A DNA stretch of 64,000 nt from Balamuthia mandrillaris. Taxonomy: Eukaryota. The position numbers and the translations under genes were made by a program. Under the pieces are notes generated by a model, which had not been told where the DNA came from, made no database searches, and was given only the letters and a program-made list of their open reading frames with translations. The DNA is taken from positions 124,001-188,000 of the forward strand of contig JAVKOQ020000081.1 of the NCBI GenBank assembly GCA_031835245.2, given 5' to 3'. Positions 1 through 11,248 of this stretch are shown in pieces (position 1 is the stretch's first letter; every line of letters starts with the position of its first letter).

Positions 1-189
1 CTTGCTTTGTATCACAAACGATAACCGTCTCGCCAAGTTCGACAACGCCTGGCCCTTTCTGGTTTTCTTCCGGTTGGGCGTGTGCACGGCGACCTTCCCG
101 ACAGCTGCTTTTCCTTTTCCGCCCGAACGCGTTGCATTGTCATTATCTCCCGCCTCGTCGACGCTCTCGTTTCTTCTCCTCTTCCCCAT
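1..189 (-). CDS. 5' end of a gene running off the window start; hypothetical protein, possibly E2F/DP-like
   Basis: ATG at 189 opens a frame that stays open to base 1: MGKRRRNESVDEAGDNDNATRSGGKGKAAVGKVAVHTPNRKKTRKGQALSNLARRLSFVIQSK. It has basic NLS-like patches and is not in the supplied ORF track. Confidence 0.5.
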   Translation of the reverse strand, partial: MGKRRRNESVDEAGDNDNATRSGGKGKAAVGKVAVHTPNRKKTRKGQALSNLARRLSFVIQSK

Positions 190-1104
190 GATGGTGATGG
201 CGATGGCGATGAAAAGGCTTGGCGGGCCGCTCTGGATGCACTTTCTGATAGTTTTGTGATTGAAAGTCAAAACAAAACTTGCGTAACGTACGTTTTCCAT
301 ATCGGCCATAAGACAAAATTTTGGCGGGAAACTTCCAGATGACTCCCCAGGAAAATGTCGACAAAACATATGTCGACAAATATCTGTTTCAACGACCCCT
401 CTGACAAAGTGTATGAGGAGTCTATGGAGTTCTCCTGTTGTCGACACTAAATCTCACCCGGAAGGAAAAAAGGAAAAGAAAAAAAAAGAGTAGCAAAACG
501 GTCGACAAAAGGCGCCTCCACGACGTGCGCACCGAAAAAGTAGCGTAGTGGCCCCGCTCTTGGGATTTCTTCTTCTTCTTTGCGTTCTTCTTGGTACTAA
601 CTCTTTCTCCATCCTCAACGTCGATCCAAGGTTTGATGGTTGTTGGTTGAGGTCCAGCGGTTCAGAGGAGCTTTGGACGTGCTGAGAATTATTATTTTCT
701 ACGCGGCGAAACAAGCAGAGCGGTAAGCATTTTTTTCTTTTTTTTCTTTTTTTTCTTTTTTTTTTTTTTACTGTTTGGTGGCGGTCGTGGGCGGGTGTAG
801 GAGTTGCATGCATGTAACATGTTTCGAAACGGTTGAGGGCGTAGGGGAGGCTATGCCGGTTTTTGAGTAGAAAACTGGCGTAGCCCGTGACGAATGAATG
901 CATGGGAGAAGAAGAAGAATAGAGCCAAATTTTTTTTTGTGCAGTAATTAAAAGCGTTGGAGCTGAAAGAGACAAACTGCCGGCAGTTTTAACTTTAGTT
1001 ATTCTTTTTCTTTCTCCTTTTGTTCTTTTTTTTGTGTTTCCGACACGCAGACTTAAAATTTGTTTTTAAGGACAGGATTTTCTTTTTTGTTTTAAACAAA
1101 AACA

Positions 1105-4100
1105 ATGGATCGTCGAGGAGGAGGCACAAGCCATTCCCTCAGCCGGTTGGGCAAGCGTAAACTTAGGGGTAGGCCCAAATCCCAAGTCAATTTTGCTTAC
1201 TTGGAGGTATCCGACTCTGAGTTTGACTCGGAGGGAATGGCAAACCTTGATGAGGTGGCTCGTGAGTGGGGTAAGCTCTTCTCTCTCTCTCTCTCTCTCT
1301 CATTTTTTCCAGATCTGGTTTCTCTTGCTCTGGAACACAATAACTCATTTTTATTGAACCCAAATGAAATAGAGGCTGCACGGTTAGCTGGCTTACCTCC
1401 CGACGTGATGTCCTACAAGGAAAAGCGAGAGCTGCCACAAACTGCAAGCGAGCCCGAGTCCTACGTCCAAGTTCGAAACGCGATCCTCTTGAAATGGCAC
1501 GACAACATGAAAGAGTACCTCACCAAGAAAGAGGCCGCGTCTGGACTGCAGGTTACTATTCACATCTCATCTTTCTTTTCCCCCCTGTTTGAGATTTACA
1601 TTTGCTGATCTTTTTTTATTTTTCCAACAGAAACGGTTCGTCAAAACAGCGCACAAAGCTCATGACTTTTTAACTCGTTATGGGTATATAAACACTGGAG
1701 TTTTTGATAACCCCCGCCAAGGTATACTTTCCCTTTCTCTCTCTCTCTCTCTCACTCACGTGATGGCGTTCTCATTTCATTTCGCTCCAACAATAAAAGA
1801 ATGGGGAAGGGAAAGGGTGATTATCATTGGAGCTGGAGCCGCAGGTCTAGCCGCAGCCCGTCAGCTTCACCACCTCGGCTATAAGGTTACCGTGCTAGAG
1901 GCAAGAGACAGAGTAGGAGGTAGAGTGAACACAGATAAGCAAATGAGCGTGGACCTCGGAGCAATGGTAGTCACAGGAACTATCGGTAACCCTGTGGCTT
2001 TGCTTTGTAAACAACTTGATCTTCCTTTGCATCCAGGTATGACCTCTCTCTCTCTCTCTCTCTCTGGCTTCTCATTTTTTGTAATGAATCTAATTCTGAA
2101 ACTATTATTCTTGTTTGTGCAGTGGGTGCCGCTTGTGCCATCTACGACAAAAACGGGCAACCAGTACCCTCAGCCACTGATCAAGAAATGGAACAGGCAT
2201 TTAACAAGGCCTTGCAAGACACAGTTAAAGTACGACATTGGGACCTCGAACGTGAGCATAAGCCCAACGGGGTGTCCTACGCTCAATCCATGCACCCTCG
2301 ACGTAAGCTTCGCATGCGCAAACTCGTCTTTGATGATAACCCCTTATCGTCCTCCGCGCATGTTTCCAACTCTTCACAACAGAGCAACAATAACAACAAC
2401 GACCAACGACATCAAAACAGTGTTGAGATCGAGGAATTGGAGCGTGTAAATGATAAGAAAAACGAAGCAGGAGGCACGCAGCTATTACAGCAACTGGAAA
2501 GGTACATGGACGTCAAGAACGAGATGGAGATGGAAGCCGAACAATCAACTGCAGGGATGGTGCAAGACAGAGAGGAAATAAAGGCGGAGAACATGAACAA
2601 GAAAGAGAAGGACTCAACTGATGGGTTTTGTAGCGAGATGGAAGCAATGACGACAACGGTAACGAAGTTTGAAATGATGGAGCGTACACAAACAGGAACA
2701 ATCACAAGAGAAGAGGTGCGAGAAACCAAAACGTTGATCATTACAAAAGAGGTCGAAGCAGAGGAAGAAATTGGTGACGATGAGGAGGAACGCAAAAAGC
2801 CAGCCGAGAGAGTGTACAAAGACGTCGACGCGGATGGAGATCCCTCCGGTAGAACCGAAACCAAAGAAGAACAAGACGCCATGGACCAGTGTTCTTTGGG
2901 CAGAGCCTTTGACCACATCCTTTACGCCACTGGAAAGGAGTTTTCAGAGTTGGAGCGTCAACTGTTTGACTGGCATGTGGCCAATTTAGAGTATGGGTGT
3001 GCTGCGGAGCTCGGCGACGTGTCGCTGCGCGAGTGGGATCAGGATGACCAGTATGAGTTTGAAGGTCAGCATTGCTTGTTGCCAAGAGGCTATAGTCTTG
3101 TTCTTGAAGAACTTGGCAAGGGTAGGCTCTCATTTCTTTTCAGTTCCTTCATTATTATTTGTTACCATATTGACGCTCGTTTTATTCTTTCTTCCAAAAC
3201 AGGGCTGGACATTCGATTTAATCAAGTGGTAACAAAACTACAGTATACCGATGACAAAGTCATAGTACATACTTCACAAGGAGATCCCATCGAGGGCGAT
3301 ATCGCTCTGGTCACTCTTCCTTTGGGCGTCCTTCAAAAGGCTTGCTTCGAGCAAGAACAACTACCCAACAATGCCGATGATGAAAAGAAAAAAGAAAAAG
3401 GACTGTGTACCTCTTCTTCGTCGGATCCCTACGAAGGCGTTCCTTCCTTTGATCCTCCATTGCCCAACTGGAAACTTGGTGCCATCCGACGCATGGGCTT
3501 TGGTAACCTGAACAAAGTATGTCTCATGTTCGACGCTGTGTTTTGGGACGACGAGGCGGACTACTTTGGCTTCGCCGCTGACAGGACGGAGGCCAGAGGA
3601 GAGTGTTTCCTTGTTTATAACATGAACAAATGTGCCAATAAGCCTATCCTTCTAGCGCTTGTGGCTGGCTATGCTGCTTACGTTCATGAGCAGCGCTCCA
3701 ATGAAGAGATTGTCTTGCAGGCCATGCAAGTTATTCGCAGAGTAAGTTTTCTCTTTTCCTCCTATTTTAATCTGTTGATGCCGAACTTATGTTTACTCTG
3801 TTTCTCTCTCTCTCTCTCTCTCTCTCTCCGTCATACAGCTCTATCCATCAGCGCCAGAACCAGTGAAGACGGTGGTAACTCGATGGGGGAGTGATCCCTT
3901 TGCGAGAGGGTCTTACTCCTACATTGCCGTCGGCTCCTCGGGCAGGGACTACGATCTTATGGCTCGCCCTGTCTCTCGCCGCTTGTTCTTTGCAGGAGAG
4001 GCTACGCAGCGAGAGCATCCCGCCACCGTGGCGGGGGCCTTTCTTAGCGGCCTTCGAGAAGCAGGAAGGATAGATAGAGCATGGAGTGGACCAATTGAAG

Positions 4101-5517
4101 TCATTAAGAAGCAAAAGGCAAAGCAAAGAGGAGAAGAAGATGGGGAGGAAGAAGACTACTATAAACGCAATAAGAGAAGAAGTGGAAGTAGTAGAAAACG
4201 GAAAGAATTGAACGCAAGTTTAAGTTCGGTAATGCCGAGCTTTAAGAAAAAGCCAAAGAAAGAACGAGAAGCGTTGAAGCAGAAACAAAGAGAAGAGGAA
4301 GAAAAACAGAAAAATCAACAGAGAGCTGAAACAGATGAAGAAGATGAGGAGAATGATGAGCGTGACTCCAACAGGCGAAGAGATAATTACGCATCGAGCA
4401 GCAACAGAAACTCTTCTTTCTCTGACCGAAGTCGAAGCAGTTACAATAGCAACAGCAACCATAACAACAACTTTCATTCTCGCTCATCTTCTCATTATCC
4501 TCGTTCTTCGTCTTCTTCTTCTCCATCTTCTTACCATCACTACAACAGACCTCATTTCCATCACCAATATAATCATCATCCATCCTCCACTCGTCCTCCT
4601 TCTGCTCCTCTCCTACCTTCCCCTCATTCACATATTCCGACTCCTTCCTCTTACCAAGCACATCAACCACATGCTTCTGCTTCTCCGCTTCCAACAATGA
4701 ACAATCATCACTATCTGCCACATGCTGCTTCCCCATCGCCTGTTTATCCCTCTGCTCCATCTTCTCTTCCATATCTTAACCACAATCTTCCTGTGAACTC
4801 CTCTTCTTCTACTTCATCGTTTGGTTATACTATTCATTATGCTCAACAACAAGCACTTCTTCCCGACAACAACAATGTTGTTGCTGCCTCTTCATCTTCC
4901 TCTTCTTTGAAATTGACTTCGTCTGATCCTCGGTTGAGAGCAACATTTGCAGCAACTGCTAAACTTTCATCGTCTTCATCACCTTCTTTGTCTTCATCTT
5001 CTTCGTCATCATCATCTGCTCACCAAAAGAAGCATCGGGATAATCATCAAAACGGTTCTTCTTCGTCGTCGTCTTTGTCTTCAACCTCTAGTAAAGAAGC
5101 CGAAGCAGAATTTCGGAAGAACATTGGCAAGTGCATCGTCCAACACCTCAAAACCTATTTGGATTCTGGTTTGTACATTTTCTTACCTTTATTTCTCTCT
5201 TTTCATATTCTCATCAATATAAACTTTACACAGGACGAATCGCTTCGAAAGATGACTTTAAACATTTGGCCCGCAAACTCACCCATTTGGTGGTGGAAAA
5301 GGAACAGCGTCGACGAGCCCAAAAATTGCTGAACAACAACAACAATGCCAACAGCCATTCCCAACCGCCACTGCCGCGATGCGATGACAAGGTCAAAGCC
5401 AAAGTGGTTCGGTTTGTGGACAATTTCTTCGACCGATTGGATGGAGGCGTTTATATCTCGCAGTCGTTGAAGCAGAAAACGTCATCAGCAAGTTCCACTC
5501 CTGCTTTTACAACATAG
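1105..5517 (+). CDS. Lysine-specific histone demethylase, LSD1/KDM1 family (SWIRM + FAD amine oxidase + C-terminal SRI-like domain), multi-exon
   Basis: SWIRM-like [12 protein letters not shown]...[16 protein letters not shown] motif [15 protein letters not shown]...[51 protein letters not shown]...[16 protein letters not shown]. Exons are joined by GT-AG introns. Confidence 0.93.
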
Positions 5518-5544
5518 ACTATGATATTTCTTTCTTTTTTAAAC

Positions 5545-5680
5545 CTAAACGTTGTAAAAGTCAGGGAGCGGAGCGCGGGGTTCATCGTGGAAGGGTCGTT
5601 TGATCTTCAAGAAGACATGCCTCTCATCATGCGTTGTTTCAGCCTCGCATTTGCTGCACAGATCTATTCGTTGAAGTGAG

Positions 5681-5730
<50 letters not shown>

Positions 5731-5794
5731 AGAAGGAAGGACAATGACCACATTTGTATCGGACTCCCTGTGTTTTATGAATCGGTGGGTGAGC

Positions 5795-5839
<45 letters not shown>

Positions 5840-7804
5840 ACCAACAGCAGAGAAGGAAGAAGAGAATTGTTACCTGAATAGGGTGGGCACCACAGCCATC
5901 ACAATCGATTCTGAAATGAAATGTGGAAAGAGATGCGTAGTACTGTTGTACTGCCTCTTTCTGCAATAAGTTGGAGAGCCAGCATCCAGAGTAGAGGTCC
6001 TCTCCATCATACTCCTCGTCCTCTCCTTCCTCTTTGGCCCTATCTACCGCCACTCTCTGTTCCTCCTCATACACCTTTTGAAGTATCCGACACCGCAATT
6101 TTTCTTCATTTTCTTGTTCTTGTTCTTCTTGTTCTTCTTCTTGTTCTTGTTCTTCTTCTTCTTCTTCTTCTTCTTCTTCTTCTTCTTCTTCTTCATTTTC
6201 CTTTTCCTTCTCTTCCTGCTTCCTAGCTGTCAATGATTCCACTCCTTGCCACAGCTCCGTGGGCATGCCGCCCTTCAACTTCTCCATCTTTCTCTCCGAT
6301 GTTTGCATGACGTGCTTGGCCACTGCCATCTTTGAGGCCTCCAACAATGATCTCACGGGCATGCCTTCCTTGTTCTTGTTCATCTCTCGCAACAGCATCT
6401 CTCCCTCAAGCCTCACTTCTTCAGCAGCGAGAGGGGTTGCTTCCTGCAGGCGGTCAACACACTTGCGAGCCTTCCCAAACTGACCTTTGCTTCTCCAGTG
6501 TTTGGCCATCCACAGCAAGGCCGCAGGATCCCTTGCCTTGGCCGCTTGCTTGCAATACTCCACCCCTTGCTCATCGTCTTCTTTGTTGCTCGTGGCCTCG
6601 CAAAGATGGAGGCCCACCTGGAATTGAGCTTGGGGAAGGCCTTGTCGGGCGGAAGCAAGGAACCATTCCATGGCTTCCTCTTTCTTCCCCTTTGCTGCCA
6701 GTCGCCGAGCGATGAAGTATTGGGCGTGTGCATGGTGTTGCTTGGCGGCGGCCAGGAACCATTTCCCTGCCTCTTCATGGTTGGAAGCTTTTCCTTTGGA
6801 AAAGGCCAAGGCCAGGTTGAACTGTGCGGAGGCATCTCCCGCTTTCGTGGCCTTGAGGTACCAGTAGAATGCTCGCCATCCGAATGAAGAACAAGCAGAG
6901 CCGAAGACTCTGTGAAGTCGTTCCATGACCGCTGCACAGCTGTCATCCCACACCAGGAAGTACCACTTGGCTGCAACCATGAGAACATCGTCATCGTTAA
7001 GGTGCCATCCAAGCTGTTCCATGAGGCGAGCCAACTTATACATTGCAAGAGAACAGCCCCCATCAGCAAGTTCTTGCAACTGGTGCAAGGCTTGCTCAGG
7101 GTCGCCCTTCATCCCTATTCCCTTGAACAGGAAAATGGCCAACTTGTACTTGGCCTTGACGTTTCCCTGCTCCATGGCTGCTCGATACCACCTCACTGCC
7201 TCCTTCCATTGCGTGTCAACCGCCACTCCTTCTTCATAACAATAGGCCAGGTAGTACTGAGCACTTGCATGACCTTGCTTGGCGGCAGCCTGGAACCACT
7301 TGAATGCTTCCTCACGATCCTTCGCCACTCCGTCTCCTCTGGCAAGGCACATGCCCAGGTTGTGCTGAGCGCCAGGGAAGCCTCTCTCAGCAGCGGTTCT
7401 GTACCAGCGAACTGCTTCTTGGTGGTCTGGCGCAACAGCACTCTGATAGGCCAATGCCACTCTGAACTGAGCTTTGAGGTGTTGGTGATGAGCTGCTTTG
7501 AGATACCATTGCAGGGCTTCGCTGGGGTTCCCCATCCCGTGGCATAGCAACGGGCCAAAAGGTACTGAGCTTGGGCCTCTCCGTTCTCAGCCGGCCCCAC
7601 AAGCTGTGCAGCGTCAAGCTCTGTCTCCAAGAAGGCCTCCGCTTGTGCTCCTGTTCCTTGGCTGTCGGTTGCCGCTCCGCTGGGTGTGGGGTCTCTTCTT
7701 TCTTTCTTTGTTGGTGGCTGTTGATTCGGCTCGCTCTCTGCCTTTCTCTTCTTCTCGGTCTGCTGATTTTCGTCCACGTCTGTCTTTGCTTCTTCGTTCT
7801 CCAT
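5545..7804 (-). pseudogene. Sel1-like repeat protein with C-terminal ZZ zinc finger, copy A; disrupted as assembled
   Basis: Multiple Sel1 repeats (AQHNLGMCLARGDGVAKDREEAFKWFQAAAKQG) and ZZ motif CDGCGAHPIQ/GVRYKCGHC/DLCSKCE...H. Frameshift near 7537 and a missing GT donor near 5730 relative to copy B. Confidence 0.7.
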
Positions 7805-8616
7805 TTGACTTCTTTGGAAATTGCGTTACTCTGCGACACTTTGTTGTTGTTCTCGCTCTTCTCGTTCTTCTCGTTCTTCGAGTTCTTCGAGTTCTTCTGC
7901 TTCTTCCGTAACCAGCAGCAAGGCGTTGGGAAAAACGTGCACGCCATTGTAACTGTGAAAGATAGACATAAAAAGAGCGTCGATGGTCAACCCCGAAGTC
8001 CTTGCGGTGGCTTCGTGGTTTCGGGTTGTCGTGGTTCGTTTTCGGAACGGGTTGTGTTCGAGAGGATAGCGCAACAAATGCATGGCCAAAGCCTTGCGTC
8101 GAATATCGGTTTGTGGTGTGCCAAACGGGGGACAGGCGCGTGTCTTGCTCTGCTCGCTGCTCCTTGACAAAGGGGCCAGACCTGTCCTGGAATGGACAAT
8201 TGTTCGTCTCCAGGTTTGGAGCGTAACAATGCCGCCACATGGTACCCCAACCAAAGTATCAACAGGGCAGGTCGCTTCCCTTCAGTCCAAGTGAAAACCA
8301 AAGGAGAGCGTACGTTGATCTACGCCGCCGTACATTTGAAGGCTTTTTGTTTCTGAAGGAATGTGGGAAGGGGACAGGGGAGAGACAGCTGGAAGAGAGA
8401 AAGAGGGAGGTACGTTTGTTAATGGTAGCCCTTTGCTTTCTGTTTGCACCAGTTAGTTGTTTGCCTCTTCTTGTTCCATATCCAAGTTCTGTCAGTCAGG
8501 TTCGTCCGTCTGTATTGGTTCGATTCGCTTTTAACGTTCATCAAACCTTGAACAATCGCCCCACCTGCTTGGCTTGTTCTCCTTCTCACTCGACAACCAC
8601 AGCATCGGTCTCTTCT

Positions 8617-8653
<37 letters not shown>

Positions 8654-8779
8654 CTTTCCTTCGCTGCAATATAAAGTCAATATAATATCACCATCTGCAT
8701 GAGCATCCAACTCTCTTCTCCAACAGCGGGATACGCCCCAGATATTCGTGTTTTTATTCGTGCGTTGCTCTTGTTCTTC

Positions 8780-9326
8780 TTATTGATGAGTCTCTTCAAT
8801 GTGAAAGTTGGGAAGAAGTGGCCCACTGAATGTTTCATAAAAGGGTCGTGAGATCTTCAAGAAGACATGCCGCTCATCGTGTGTTGTTTCAGCCTCGCAT
8901 TTGCTGCACAAATCTTTTGTGTGAAGAGTCAGGAAGACATGGGAGAAATGGGTGGAGAAGAGAACAAAGACAAACCAAAAGAAGAACAATGACCACATTT
9001 GTATCGGACTCCCTGTGTTGTGTATGTATGTGTGAGAAGGAGGGTGCTTTTAGAAAAAAAAAAGGAATTCATACGTCAATGGGAGAAGCACCACAGCTGG
9101 CACAATGGATTCCAAAATGAGCTGAACGAAATGCATGCTTGATTAAGTTCAACCAGTCATGCTTGAATAAGGTTGAAAGGTCATCTCTTTCAATCTCTTC
9201 TTCATCCTCAGTCCTGTCCATTTTGGTATTCTCTTCCTCCTCATACACCTTTTGTAGGTTTTCTTCTTCTTTTTCTGCTTCTCTTTCTGCTTCTTCTTCT
9301 TCTTATCATCATCATCTTGTTCTTCT

Positions 9327-9364
<38 letters not shown>

Positions 9365-11044
9365 TTCTTCAGTTGTCAATACTGGAAGAAATGGTTCCAA
9401 TTCTTGCCACAGCTCTGTGGGCATGCCGCCCTTCATCTTCGCCATATTCCTCTCCCAGTTTTGCATGACCTGCTTGGCCACTGCCATCTTTGAGGCCTCC
9501 AACAATGATCTCACGGGCATGCCTTCCTTGTTCTTGTTCATCTCTCGCAACACCATCTCTCCCTCAAGCCTCACTTCTTCAGCAGCGAGAGGGGTTGCTT
9601 CCAGCAGGCGGTCAACACACTTGCGAGCCTTCCCAAACTGACCTTTGCTTCTCCAGTGTTTGGCCATCCACAGCAAGGCCGCAGGATCCCTTGCTTTGGC
9701 CGCTTGCTTGCAATACTCCACCCCTTGCTCATCGTCTTCTTTGTTGCTCGTGGCCTCGCAAAGATGGAGGCCCACCTGGAATTGAGCTTGGGGAAGGCCT
9801 TGTCGGGCGGAAGCAAGGAACCATTCCATGGCTTCCTCTTTCTTCCCCTTTGCTGCCAGTCGCCGAGCGGTGAAGTATTGGGCGTGTGCATGGTGTTGTT
9901 TGGCGGCGGCCAGGAACCATTTCCCTGCCTCTTCGTGGTTGGCGGTTGAAAAGTATTCTCTACCTTTGGAAAAGGCCAAGGCCAGGTTGAACTGTGCGGA
10001 GGCATCTCCCGTTTTCGTGGCCTTGAGGTACCAGAAGATTGCTTTCCATCCACAGTATGACAAGCAGGTGTCGTTGGGGAATGGAAGGTGTGCTCTGGTC
10101 ACAGAGTTACTGTTCCTCACAAAACGGCTGTACCACTTGGCTGCAAGCTCGAGAACACCATCGTCTTTGGTGTGAAGCCCAATCTGAGCAAAGAGCTTAC
10201 CCAGCTTGTAAGCAGCCGGTTGGAAGCCTGTTGTAGCCAGTTCTCGCAGGAAGAGCAAGGCTTGCTCTAGGTCGCCCTTCCCTTTGCCCTTGAGCAAGCA
10301 TTTCGCCAGCTCGTACTTGGCCTTGACGTAACCTTGCTCCATGGCTGCTCGGTGCCACCTCACTGCCTCCTTCCATTGCACCTCCACTCCCTCCCCGCGC
10401 TTATAGCTTAACGCCAGGTTGTACTGAGCACTTGCATGGCCTTGCTTGGCAGCAGCCTGGAACCACTTGAATGCTTCCTCATGATCCTTCGCCACTCCGT
10501 CTCCTCTGGCAAGGCACATGCCCAGGTTGTTCTGAGCGCCAGGGCAGCCTTCCTCAGCTGCGATTCTGTACCAGCGAACTGCTTCTTGCTTGTCTGACTC
10601 AACACCGTACCCGAAATCATAGGCCAATGCCACTCTGAACTGGGCTCTGGCCTTGCACTGTTGGTGACGAGCTGCTTTGAGGTACCATTGCAGGGCTTCG
10701 CGGCGGTTCCTCCTCACGCCTTGCCCCTTGGCCAAGCACCTGCCAAGCTTGTACTGGGCCTTGGGGTGCTCATGTTGAGCCGCTGCGGTGTACCACTGAA
10801 AGGCCGCTTGCTCGCTTTTCTCTGCACCCCCTAAACCCTTGGCGTAACAACGAGCCAAAAGGTACTGAGCTTGGGCCTCGCCTCTGGCGGCCGGCCCCAC
10901 AAGCCGTGAAAAATCATCGAGCTCAGTCTCCAAGAAGGCCTCCGCTTGTGCGCCTGTGCCTTGGCTGGCTCTTCGCCCTTTGCTTTCTGGTTGCTTTGCT
11001 TCGTTCGTCGCCTTTTGCTCAATGTCTTGGTTCTCTCCGTCCAT
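8780..11044 (-). CDS. Sel1-like repeat protein with C-terminal ZZ zinc finger, copy B; one frameshift near 9303
   Basis: 631-aa Sel1 ORF. Downstream exons encode HCASCGASPID / GVRYKCGHCSSF / DLCSKCEAETTHDERHVFLKI. Long stretches are near-identical in DNA to copy A. Confidence 0.85.
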
Positions 11045-11129
11045 CGTTACTTCTTCCTTTTGCTCTATATTACGTGTAATTACGCTTCGCTCTTTGCAGA
11101 GAAGTACATTGACCTGGCATGTTCCTCTT

Positions 11130-11171
<42 letters not shown>

Positions 11172-11248
11172 CTGAAAGAGAGAGGTAGTAAGATGCAATG
11201 TTGCTTTGGCGGCGATGGTTGTCTTTTTTTCAATATTGCTTTGCTTTC

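Noticed and set aside
454..975. 173-aa minus-strand ORF
   Set aside because: Promoter-like DNA with poly-T tracts, a non-ATG start and no domain.
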